64,000 nucleotides of DNA from Bacillota bacterium (GTDB taxonomy: Bacteria; Bacillota; Dehalobacteriia; UBA4068): NCBI GenBank assembly GCA_050942825.1, contig JBMNOA010000001.1:8354-72353 (forward strand), read 5' to 3'. This document shows positions 21,788 through 32,000 of the stretch, in pieces. The first letter of the stretch is position 1. Each line of letters begins with the position of its first letter. The position numbers and the translations under genes are program-made. The notes below the pieces were generated by a model, which saw only the letters and a list, made by a program, of their open reading frames with translations, was not told where the DNA came from and ran no database searches.

Positions 21788-21828
21788 AAAGTCCGGCATA
21801 GTCGTGAATTGCGACTATGCCGGACTTT
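21788..21828. terminator. Strong hairpin or terminator
   Basis: AAAGTCCGGCATAGTCG...CGACTATGCCGGACTTT inverted repeat. Confidence 0.6.
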
Positions 21829-21846
21829 CGTCCATTTTTGGAAATA

Positions 21847-22169
21847 CTATTGATCCATCGCAATTATAAATAATTTAATAATATGTACTACAGATTGCTC
21901 TGTAGCAGTCAGCGTACCATCTGTATTTATGTAATGGTCAACGTCCACAGCGCTGAAACCATAGAAAATACCAAGCCCCAAACCGTCGTAATGGCCCACT
22001 ACTGCGACTGCGTCGGCATAGCCGCAAAAGGTATGTTCATTGTTTGATTACGTTCGCTTGCCATTGATTTGGTATGGCACCTTTATTCGGCTTCCTTTAC
22101 GCTCTTCATATTTCCACAAACAGAATTTTCCGTTGTCGCGTAGTACCTTGGTAGATTGTCGTATTGCAT
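21847..22169 (-). pseudogene. Phage/plasmid primase-polymerase (NrS-1-like N-terminal domain) remnant
   Basis: MQYDNLP/frameshift/LRDNGKFCLWKYEERKGSRIKVPYQINGKRT*SNNEHTF...YDGLGLGIFYGFSAVDVDH; missed by the ORF track. Confidence 0.7.
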
Positions 22170-22609
22170 TCTTTCACTTCCTTCTGGGGTTTGTGTTTTT
22201 GCTGTCTCCCGCTAGATGGATCAAAACAGCTGTTTTGATGGGTTGTTGTGAAAACCCCTTTTTTGCCCATCTGCTAAAAATTAACCCCTATGTGCTATAG
22301 TGATTTTCTGTTTCTCGCTATACGGAAATTTAAATGCTGTTTTATACACGCTATTTGCAAAATCTTTTTTCTCTCACGCCCATTGATAGGAAAAAAGCGC
22401 ACCCGCTATTTTGCGGATGCTGTAATTGGGACAAATCGGGAAAAATCTTTGATTTGATGGCAGACACCTAAAGAAGATGTGCCGAGCTGCAGTCACAAAG
22501 GCATATAGCACAATAAAAAACAGATGGAACAGGCAAGTTGCCCTCTCTTGTCCTCTGCTACAGGGGATCTGTGAAGCATATAGCGCACTAATCTATTTGC
22601 ATAATTTTT

Positions 22610-23130
22610 TTAAATATTTTTTATAGTAACAATGGAAGTATCTTTTCCTGATTGTTTATATGTCTTGTCACCAATCATGCTTTTCAGGAAATTCCGGAAT
22701 GAGGCCGTCAAATTCCCCTCATTTATGGCCAGCACAACAGGAGGCTGAGAGGTCTTGACTACAATGACGCCTAGATCTTCTTTCACATATAACGTGTAGA
22801 GATCTTCATTTGGTTTATCAATCAGGCATACATGGTAATTTTCACAGGATTCAAGCAACATAAGGATGTGCTCCAGATGAGCAATAAATTCTCCTGGTGT
22901 ATAGTATACTGTCTCGCCACCCATTAAATCCGATGTGGACACCTTGACATTTCCGCTCTGAACGGCTTCAACTTCGGGCAGTGAGACGAGCTCGGTAAAG
23001 CGCTTTGACTATAAATTCTCCAAAAAAATATGATAACGCATATGATGAGCAGCGGCGTTGCCATGCTCGTCCATGCCGGCCCGCTTAAATATCTGCGCTA
23101 TGAGATTATTAGGCATAGTAAGTAAAGAAA
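22610..23130 (-). pseudogene. Fragment of a larger hypothetical (regulator-like) gene
   Basis: Frame continues upstream of 22942 through an in-frame TAG near 23010 (FLTMPNNLIAQIF...); no proper start. Confidence 0.45.
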
Positions 23131-23507
23131 GTGACTCTGTTTTATCAGTGCATCTGCTTGACCCCGCTCAAAATCGGCCAGCGTGGCGTAGCATTCCTCC
23201 CGCTCCCGAGCGGTGAAGATTCTCATCAGTGGACGGCACAGGCGCAGGGGAAGTATCAAGAACGATATTTCCCCTGCTTATTATCTGAACTACTGAGCTA
23301 CTGCAGAAAGCTTAAGAAAAAAGACCAGCCGTGCTAAGCAATTATGCTTAAATACGTCTGGTCTCTTTTTGCCCCACCTGAGCGTTCACACAGATATTTT
23401 GTTAAACCCCTGTATGAACACCCAAATGAACCTTTTTTTATATTATGCCCTATTACTATTATCGTTTTTATAAAACAGGCCTTTAATACAATATACTATG
23501 TCTCACC

Positions 23508-24182
23508 TTAATCTTCACTAGGGTACATATTGGGTTGCGGCATATATTTATGGGGACACATATTATTGTACTTATAGGGGCACATGGGGTACATGTTGGG
23601 ATATTGATTTTTATTATCTTCATCATTGTCTGCCTTGGCAACACAATCATTAGTATCTTTTTTATATTCTGTATCGGGATTTATGTTAGCTTCCTCATCA
23701 TTATTTGCAAATTGTTTCATGCGTTGATCTTCATCTGAATAAGTGACGGGACAAACAGGTCCATCGCTACCTATACGACAAGTGCAAGTACAGGATATAT
23801 GAGGAAATATACATTGACAACAATGGCAGCAAGGAAACTTACATTTCTTTGACCAAGAGTTTTGGCAAGGATCGGAGCTGCATACTTGACAGGGATCACA
23901 ACAAGGCTCACAGCGCCATACCTGACAACAATTTCTCCAAGGATCAAAGCAGCATAATTGACAATGATTTTTGCAAAAACACCTACAAGGATCTACACAT
24001 TGAATGATACAGGGCTCTTGACATTTATCCTTATCTTTATGTTTACCTTTATGTTTACATATACATACACATCTAGAACAACAATTTTTTGTATTTATAT
24101 TTGCCCATGGAAAGCAAGGGAAATCAATTTTTATACGATTATTTATTTTTATACCATCAGGTATATTATTCTGTATCGTCAT
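23508..24182 (-). CDS. Cysteine-rich protein, putative spore coat/exosporium protein
   Basis: About 36 Cys in 224 aa, C-terminal PNMYP/MCPxKY repeats, SD AAGGAG, sigmaK-like promoter. Confidence 0.65.
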   Translation of the reverse strand: MTIQNNIPDGIKINNRIKIDFPCFPWANINTKNCCSRCVCICKHKGKHKDKDKCQEPCIIQCVDPCRCFCKNHCQLCCFDPWRNCCQVWRCEPCCDPCQVCSSDPCQNSWSKKCKFPCCHCCQCIFPHISCTCTCRIGSDGPVCPVTYSDEDQRMKQFANNDEEANINPDTEYKKDTNDCVAKADNDEDNKNQYPNMYPMCPYKYNNMCPHKYMPQPNMYPSED

Positions 24183-24229
24183 TACAACATCTCCTTATGT
24201 CTTTTCTTAAAGGCTTGGCCTTCTAATAA

Positions 24230-24258
24230 TATTATATGAATGTCCAGCCATTTAGTGA
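24230..24258 (-). promoter_or_regulatory. sigmaK-like promoter
   Basis: Minus strand tcAC-16 nt-CATATAATA fits AC-N16-CATA---TA. Confidence 0.6.
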
Positions 24259-24263
24259 TGAGA

Positions 24264-24303
24264 TGAACAAAAAAGATAGCTTTAAGCTATCTTTTTTGTT
24301 CAT
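24264..24303. terminator. Bidirectional terminator
   Basis: GAACAAAAAAGATAGCT/AGCTATCTTTTTTGTTC inverted repeat. Confidence 0.75.
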
Positions 24304-24380
24304 TGACTATACAACTCTTCATCATAGAAAATCACAGATGATACCTAAAATATATTATTAATGTATTTTTTATCGGTTCT

Positions 24381-25022
24381 TTACCCACCCAAGGTCACAT
24401 CTTGACCATTATACCATTGAATAGCCTGATGAAAATGATCGTCTTTGAAATCCGGCCACAGATCATCTATAACATAAAAATCAGCATATACAGACTGTAC
24501 AGGAAGAAATCCCGATAAGCGCCTACGGCCCCCCCAACGAATAATCATATCAATACGGGAGATATCTTTTGATTTTAAACTATCGTAGATTTTCTTGCGA
24601 TTATTGTTTTTTTGCAAATCTCCCGATAAATCCCATTCCCAACCGTAATTTACCAGAAAATTGACTTTTATGCCGCCATCACGGATTTTTGTTCTAGATT
24701 TATACTGCAAAAGCTCTTTAGGAAACATTTTTGACTCATAATTACCCACAACAAGTAAAGATACGTTTTCTTTAGCAATAATCTTTATAGCATCCAAACA
24801 AGCTTTTCTGAAGGCATCTATTTGTTCGGGTGGCCTTTTACAATTATCAGTAGTAAAACCATAATAACTGATTTCTTTGATCCCATAATCGCGGGCAAGT
24901 CTTAACACCTTTAACCCAGGATCCAGGCCATAGCTATACCCATCCTGTTTCTGCAAACCGGAGTTTTCGGCCCAGCGTCTATTACCATCCGGAATAATTC
25001 CTATATGATTAGGTATACGCAT
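24381..25022 (-). CDS. Undecaprenyl diphosphate synthase family (cis-prenyltransferase) paralog
   Basis: HIGIIPDGNRRWA, IIRWGGRRRLSGFL. Confidence 0.9.
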   Translation of the reverse strand: MRIPNHIGIIPDGNRRWAENSGLQKQDGYSYGLDPGLKVLRLARDYGIKEISYYGFTTDNCKRPPEQIDAFRKACLDAIKIIAKENVSLLVVGNYESKMFPKELLQYKSRTKIRDGGIKVNFLVNYGWEWDLSGDLQKNNNRKKIYDSLKSKDISRIDMIIRWGGRRRLSGFLPVQSVYADFYVIDDLWPDFKDDHFHQAIQWYNGQDVTLGG

Positions 25023-25189
25023 AATTATCTCCTGATAAGTTTATTTATTATATTATTTCCCCAAATTTTTAATAATAGCCACATTTTTAAAATATAGTCC
25101 TAGCTATTAGGTCACCTATTCAAACCATCTAGAATATTTTGGAAAGGAGAATGTTTCTAAACAAAATCAAAATGGAGGTTGACCAGCAT

Positions 25190-25432
25190 ATGGATAACAA
25201 GATCCTAACACTAAACAAAATTCCCGAGGGACAGATGGCCATAGTAACCAAACTCCTTTCCCAAGGCACCATGAGAAGACGTTTATTGGATTTAGGAGTA
25301 GTGGAAGGAACAAAAATAACTTGCTTGCAAAAAAGTCCCGCTGGCGATCCTATCGCTTATTTTATCAGAGGCGCTGTAATCGCCCTGCGCTCCGAAGATT
25401 CTTCTAACATTTTGGTAGAAAAAACCCTCTAA
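25190..25432 (+). CDS. feoA: Ferrous iron transport protein A
   Basis: RRRLLDLG, SPAGDPIAYFIRGAVIALR; SD GGAGG. Confidence 0.93.
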   Translation: MDNKILTLNKIPEGQMAIVTKLLSQGTMRRRLLDLGVVEGTKITCLQKSPAGDPIAYFIRGAVIALRSEDSSNILVEKTL

Positions 25433-25457
25433 ACTATCTTTTTATTCGGAAAGCGAG

Positions 25458-27632
25458 GTGATCAAGATGGGACTCCAAGATAGCATAAAGTTAAAACGAG
25501 TAGCCAATGATTCTGTTGGCCAATTACTTATAGAAAAGGAAGATCCCCTTGATAAAATTATCGCTTTGGCCGGCAATCCCAATGTAGGCAAAAGCACTAT
25601 TTTTAATTCTTTAACTGGTCTTAACCAACATACAGGCAACTGGCCCGGGAAAACAGTCAACACCGCCCGCGGATATTATACCTATAAAGATAATAAATTC
25701 ATTGTTGTTGATCTGCCGGGCACTTATTCTTTGATGGCTCATTCAGCCGAGGAAGAGGTGGCCAGAGATTTCATCTGCTTTGCCCAGCCTGATACTACCG
25801 TGATAGTATGTGATGCGACCTGCCTGGAAAGAAATCTTAACCTACTGTTACAAATCTTAGAAACAGGCAATAATGCTATTATCTGTATCAACCTGCTTGA
25901 TGAAGCAGCTAAAAAGGAGATCAAGATCGATTTAAACCTTTTGCAAGAAATATTGAATATTCCCGTTATTGGGACTTCGGCCCGTAACAATCAGGGAATC
26001 GAATCTTTGATTGAGCTAATCAATAAAAAATCGGCTACAAAATATCGTGATAACCCCTTTTTAATACCTTACTCACCCATCATCGAAGAAGCCATAATAA
26101 TAATAGAAAAAAGTATTCAGAAAATATTGCCGCCTCATATCAATAGTCGCTGGCTGGCACTGCGTCTTCTGGAAAATAATCAGCAGCTTACAAAATCCAT
26201 AGAGCTTTATAGCGGTGAAAAGATAACCGACAATATAGATTTGATGGATAGTCTAAAAGAGGCTCAAGATCTATTATACGAAAATAATATCAATGAAGAA
26301 AAACTAAAAGATATTATAGTCTCCGCAATCATCAAAAAAGCGGAAGAAATATCTAAACGAGTAATGTTCCTGGGAAAAAAGGAATATAATAGCAGCGACC
26401 GTAAAATCGACAAGATCCTGACCAGTCGTAAAACAGGTATACCCATCATGATCAGCCTTTTAGCATTGGTCTTTTGGATAACTATCAGCGGAGCTAATTA
26501 TCCCTCGCAAATATTAGCGGCAGCCTTTGCAGCTTTAGAAGCGCCGTTGATAGAATTTTTGACATTTTTACATAGCCCGGCAGTACTGACAAATTTATTA
26601 GTACTTGGAGTTTTAAAAACCTTGGGCTGGGTGGTGTCTGTTATGCTACCACCTATGTCTATCTTCTTTCCTCTTTTTACTTTATTGGAAGACTCGGGAT
26701 ATTTACCGCGCATAGCGTTTAATTTGGATAAATATTTCAAAAAAGCCTGCGCCTGTGGTAAACAGGCATTGACTATGTGCATGGGCTTCGGCTGCAATGC
26801 AGCGGGGGTTATAGGCTGTCGTATCATCGATTCTCCCAGAGAAAGACTCATTGCCATCATCACTAACAACTTTGTACCATGTAATGGCCGTTTCCCCACT
26901 TTGATTGCTTTGATCTCCATGTTTTTCATCTGGGGTTCTGGCACTGGTGGAGTAACTATATCCTTATTATCAACAGTGCTTTTGACTGCCCTAATAATCT
27001 TGGGTGTTGTGATGACACTTGTTATCTCTCGTCTGCTTTCCAAAACTATTTTAAAAGGCGTGCCATCTTCATTTACCTTAGAATTGCCGCCTTACAGAAA
27101 ACCACAACTAGTCAGGGTGATAATAAGTTCCATCAGGGATCGCACTCTATTCGTTTTGAGACGCGCAATATTAGTTGCGACTCCGGCCGGATTTGTTATC
27201 TGGATTCTGGCAAATACACAAATAGGGAATATCAGTCTATTGACCTATTGTGCAGAATTTCTCGACCCTTTTGCCACTATGATAGGGATGGATGGTGTAA
27301 TTTTACTTGCCTTTATACTGGGATTTCCTGCTAATGAAATCGTATTGCCCATTATTATTATGGCTTATTTATCACAAGGTAGCTTACTGGAAATGTCCAG
27401 TCTGGGGCAATTGCGTGATTTGCTGGTAAACAATGGCTGGACCTGGCTGACAGCCCTTTGCGTTATGTTGTTTTCTTTGATGCATTTCCCCTGTTCCACT
27501 ACATGTTTAACCATTAAAAAAGAAACCCAAAGCATAAAATGGACCGCGATATCATTTTTGTTACCGACCACTTGCGGTATAGCCATCTGCTTTATTATCA
27601 CTACTGTAGCCAGAGTTCTCAATTTCGTTTAA
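25458..27632 (+). CDS. feoB: Ferrous iron transport protein B
   Basis: GNPNVGKS, GNWPGKT, DLPG, LEDSGYLPR, ELPPYR. Confidence 0.97.
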   Translation: MIKMGLQDSIKLKRVANDSVGQLLIEKEDPLDKIIALAGNPNVGKSTIFNSLTGLNQHTGNWPGKTVNTARGYYTYKDNKFIVVDLPGTYSLMAHSAEEEVARDFICFAQPDTTVIVCDATCLERNLNLLLQILETGNNAIICINLLDEAAKKEIKIDLNLLQEILNIPVIGTSARNNQGIESLIELINKKSATKYRDNPFLIPYSPIIEEAIIIIEKSIQKILPPHINSRWLALRLLENNQQLTKSIELYSGEKITDNIDLMDSLKEAQDLLYENNINEEKLKDIIVSAIIKKAEEISKRVMFLGKKEYNSSDRKIDKILTSRKTGIPIMISLLALVFWITISGANYPSQILAAAFAALEAPLIEFLTFLHSPAVLTNLLVLGVLKTLGWVVSVMLPPMSIFFPLFTLLEDSGYLPRIAFNLDKYFKKACACGKQALTMCMGFGCNAAGVIGCRIIDSPRERLIAIITNNFVPCNGRFPTLIALISMFFIWGSGTGGVTISLLSTVLLTALIILGVVMTLVISRLLSKTILKGVPSSFTLELPPYRKPQLVRVIISSIRDRTLFVLRRAILVATPAGFVIWILANTQIGNISLLTYCAEFLDPFATMIGMDGVILLAFILGFPANEIVLPIIIMAYLSQGSLLEMSSLGQLRDLLVNNGWTWLTALCVMLFSLMHFPCSTTCLTIKKETQSIKWTAISFLLPTTCGIAICFIITTVARVLNFV

Positions 27633-27748
27633 AAAATATCCGTTTGATTTTGTTATTAATTATATTTTACAGGTACCATAAAAATGAAAAAAGGCTCCAG
27701 GTTTTTTTCCTGAGCCTTTTCAGCATATCATCTAATAATATTCATATT

Positions 27749-28900
27749 TTACTGATCGGTTTTAGTATTATCGGTTTTAGTATTATCGGTTTTAGTATTG
27801 TCGGTTTTAGTATTATCGGTAGCGGCTTGGTTATCTGTTGCGGTATTTTTTACAACATCTTTATATCCGGCTACCGGAGCATAAAGCTTATTCCCCTCTA
27901 TCCAATATTCAAAAGTAGTTTCCCGTAAAATTTTTGCTGCATCACGTTTGGACTTTATAAAATCACTATAGGCTTGAGATTTCTTTTCCGTTGCCAAATT
28001 ATTCATCATCTCTTCTTTGACGGCTGCAAAACCAATTTTTTCTGCATCTATTTTGATGATATGGTATCCAGCATCAGTCTTGACAGGAACCTGTGAATAG
28101 CTGCCAACACCCTTCAATCTAAATGCTTCTTGGACATATTCGGAGTAAAAGCCAGTTTCCTGAATGGTAAATGATTGAGCAATAACTCCTCCTTCAGATG
28201 CGGATGTATCATCGGAATATTTTTTTGCTAATTCGGCAAAATCTCCTCCCTTGTTAAGTTGCTTGATGATATCCTGGGCTTCTTTTTTAGCAGCTGCCTT
28301 CTCTGCCTCGGTAGCTGTACCTTCTTGTGCCATAATCAAAATATGAGATGTACTTTTATTATCATAAGCAGAAGGGTCTTTTTCATAAGCAGCTTTTGCT
28401 TCTTCTTCAGTAACAGTTATATCTTTAGTAACTTGTTCATAAAGTAATTTATTGTATTGCTGCAAACGGAAAATCTCCATAACCTGTTGTTCGGTCATCT
28501 CATTATCTATTAACCATTGTTCATAGGCGGCCTGATCAGAAAAAGATGTCTCAATGCTCTCTTCAAGCAATTTTTTTGCCTCAGAATCAGATACTTTTAT
28601 GCCTGATTCCTGTGCTACTTGCACTAATAGTGCATTACCAACTGCATATTCCCAAGCCATTTCTTCTATTTGTGCTAACATGGCTTTACCGTCTTCACTC
28701 TCAAAAGAGAGGCCAAATTGTTCCATATAAGATTTATTTTGTTTATATTGAAGCTCATATTGAGTTTTGGAAATAGGTTTTCCGTTCACAGTACCAATCG
28801 ATTCGCCTCCTCCCCGCAAAGAGGAGCAACCGGTTATTAATAATGTAGCCATTATAACCACACTTACGCAAAGCAATAATGCTTTTTTCAATCCAATCAT
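27749..28900 (-). CDS. prsA: PrsA/SurA-type peptidyl-prolyl isomerase lipoprotein
   Basis: Lipobox LITGC, SHILI, DFAELAKKYSDD, GYHIIK; follows mfd. Confidence 0.85.
   Translation of the reverse strand: MIGLKKALLLCVSVVIMATLLITGCSSLRGGGESIGTVNGKPISKTQYELQYKQNKSYMEQFGLSFESEDGKAMLAQIEEMAWEYAVGNALLVQVAQESGIKVSDSEAKKLLEESIETSFSDQAAYEQWLIDNEMTEQQVMEIFRLQQYNKLLYEQVTKDITVTEEEAKAAYEKDPSAYDNKSTSHILIMAQEGTATEAEKAAAKKEAQDIIKQLNKGGDFAELAKKYSDDTSASEGGVIAQSFTIQETGFYSEYVQEAFRLKGVGSYSQVPVKTDAGYHIIKIDAEKIGFAAVKEEMMNNLATEKKSQAYSDFIKSKRDAAKILRETTFEYWIEGNKLYAPVAGYKDVVKNTATDNQAATDNTKTDNTKTDNTKTDNTKTDQ
27756..27820. repeat. 15-bp tandem repeat x4 encoding TDNTK
   Basis: (a/g)tcggttttagtatt repeated. Confidence 0.9.
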
Positions 28901-29004
28901 CCTTTCTTATACTACAACAACAAATAAATACATAACAGACTTATTAAGTTTATCATAAAAATAAACTGATTGAAAGTAAATAATCTAAATAAGCATTTTT
29001 ATAA

Positions 29005-32000
29005 TTAATTCAATAAGCCGTCAGCCTCTGTCTCCTCATCTAATAGCTTAGACATAAACAGTAAAAATTGCCACAAAAGCTCCAAGGTTGCATCGGCAGA
29101 AAAAGATTCATTATTGAGCTTGATAATAAAATCTTTCTTATTGAAAAAAGTGATTTGTTTATCCCATTGACTACTAATTGCTAAAAGATGTTCCCCTTTT
29201 AAAGGATGAAAATCACAAAACTTAAGCTCTATATAGCCTTTTTTTTGTATTATCGATAGCAAACAAAGCTTTCTGGCTAGGGCCTTTATTTTACCTAACA
29301 TCAATAAACTGCTCAATTCTTTGGGTATCATACCATAACGGTCATGAAGTTCTTCTGCTAGCTCATCTATATGTGATATTTCCAAGGCGGCAGCTATCCT
29401 TTTATATATTTCTACTTTTAATGCCGAATCTTCCAGATAATCATCTGGTATATAGGCATTTAATTGCAGTTCCAATATAGTATTGACGGGTTCATGTTCC
29501 GGTGCCTTTCCGGACGAAGCAGTAATTTCTTCTTGCAGCAGGCGGCAATACATATCAAAACCGACCGCCGCGATATGGCCATGCTGTTGCGGGCCTAAGA
29601 TATTACCGGCTCCCCTTATTTCCATATCTCTCATAGCAATTTTAAAGCCTGATCCCAATTCTGTAAAATCTCTGATAGCGATCAGCCTTTTTTTGGCGAT
29701 TTCCGTCATAGCCCTATCCTTGCGGTAAGTAAAATAAGCAAAAGCCTGCCTTGAGGAACGCCCTACCCTGCCCCGCAATTGGTACAGCTGGGCCAGCCCG
29801 AAACAATTAGCTTCGTCAACTATCAAGGTATTGACATTAGGAATATCAAGACCGGATTCTATGATAGTAGTAGAGACTAAAATATCAGATCTGCCTTCCA
29901 CAAAATCTATCATGACCCGCTCTAATTCTGTTTCTTTCATCTGCCCGTGAGCTATGGCAACCGTGGCATCGGGCAATAGATGATTCAGTTCGGCCACTAT
30001 ATCATGAATATTATGGACTCTGTTATGCACAAAATAGACCTGTCCGCCACGGCTCAATTCTCTGGATATAATATCTTTTATGAGTTTTTGATGATACTCC
30101 AAAACATAGGTTTGCACAGGGCGGCGGTTTTGCGGCGGAGTGGCTATTATACTCATATCACGCATACCTACTAAAGCCATATGCAAGGTGCGCGGAATAG
30201 GAGTAGCTGAAAGAGTCAAAACATCAATATTAGCTTTGAAAGACTTGATCTTTTCTTTATGGGCCACACCGAAGCGCTGTTCTTCATCTATGATCAAAAG
30301 ACCTAAATCTTTAAAAACAATATCAGAAGATAAAAGTCGATGAGTACCAATAATAATATCAGCTTGACCGGCTCTTATCTTTTCAATATTCTGCTTCAAT
30401 TCTTTATTGGTAACAAAGCGGCTTAAACAAACTATTTTGACGGGATATTGTTCAAAACGTCTGCTAAACGTATGCAAATGCTGCTGCGCCAATACAGTCG
30501 TCGGCACCAGCATGGCCACCTGCTTACCATCTGCTACTGCCTTAAATGCTGCACGTAAAGCAATCTCCGTCTTGCCATAACCAACATCACCGCATAACAA
30601 ACGGTCCATCGGTCGTGAGCTTTCCATATCCTTTTTGATATCTGCTAAAGCCTTCAGCTGATCATCTGTTTCTTGATAAGGAAAGGCATCTTCAAATTCA
30701 TATTGCCAGGGCGTATCAGGAGAAAAACTATAGCCCTTAGCCTTTTCTCTGGCTGCGTAAAGCTGTAATAATTCCTGGGCCATATCCCTTACAGCATGCC
30801 TGACTTTATTTTTAAGTTTTTGCCAGTCGTTACCGCCAAGCCGATATAATTTTGGTTTTTTGGTGTCATCTCCGATATATTTTTGAATCAGATCTAATTG
30901 ATCGACAGGCAAATAGAGCTTATCATCACCGGCATATTGTATATAGAGATAATCTCTTTCATTTTCACCCACCTTGAGGCGAACCACACCTTTATAAATA
31001 CCTATACCCTGACTGATGTGGACAACATAATCACCCACCTGCAAATCAAGAAAATTTTCTATTCTTTCGCTGGTCTTTGGAAAATGGCGGCGGATCCTTT
31101 TGACTTCTTGGGCCAGTAATTCTTTCTCGCTGATTACAGCCAGCTTTAATTGGCCGCTTTCAAAGCCAGCAGTAAATTGACCTTCTATCAAGCGAACAGC
31201 AGGAAAGCCCAATTCTTTAATGATCTCTTCTATCCTTTTTAACCTCACTTGAGAGCTGGCACTAATAATCAGTTGATAGTTCTGCTGTTTGAAATAGGCA
31301 AAATCTTCTTTAAGTCCCGGTAAATTATTATGATAAGAAGGTATTGCTCTAGCAATTATTTGCTTTTTTATACCCAACGGAAAATACGTACGATTAGGCA
31401 ACTGGCAAAAAAGCAATATGGGATGCTTTAATGCAGTATTTTTTATATCCTCAAAAGATAAGAAGTTGTCATAAAAGCTAGGCAATAAACGGCCACTTTC
31501 CAAGAGATCAAAATAACGGGCTTGTCTTTCTTTTTCCAGATCCCGCAAGACTTTTTTACTATCATCGGGTTCGCTGAAAATAACAAGTCCTTGAGGAATA
31601 TAATCAAACAAACTATCCGCCTGCGGGTAAAAATAAGGTAATAATTGATTAAAAGAAATATCCCAGCCATCAACTGCTAATAATTCTTCAAAAGCTCCAA
31701 AACGCTGTTGTAATTCTTTTTTGGCCTGACCTTTTAATGCTTTTTCCGTCTTTTTGATATCCTCCTTTAGAGCCTTCAGCCCTCTTTGGCGGACCTCTCT
31801 ATTCAAAGGAAGTTCCCGCGCCGGTATCAGTAAAAGTTCCTCTGTATAAGCTAATGAGCGTTGATTCTGAGGATCGAAATAACGCAGGGACTCCACCTCA
31901 TCATCAAAAAATTCTATACGCAAAGGCCTTTGCCCATCAATGGGAAAAATATCCAATAAACTGCCCCGCATACTAAAAGTACCGGGTATTTGCACCAGCT

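Noticed and set aside
27539-27928. ORF with IIGFS repeats
   Set aside because: Antisense shadow of the prsA tandem repeat
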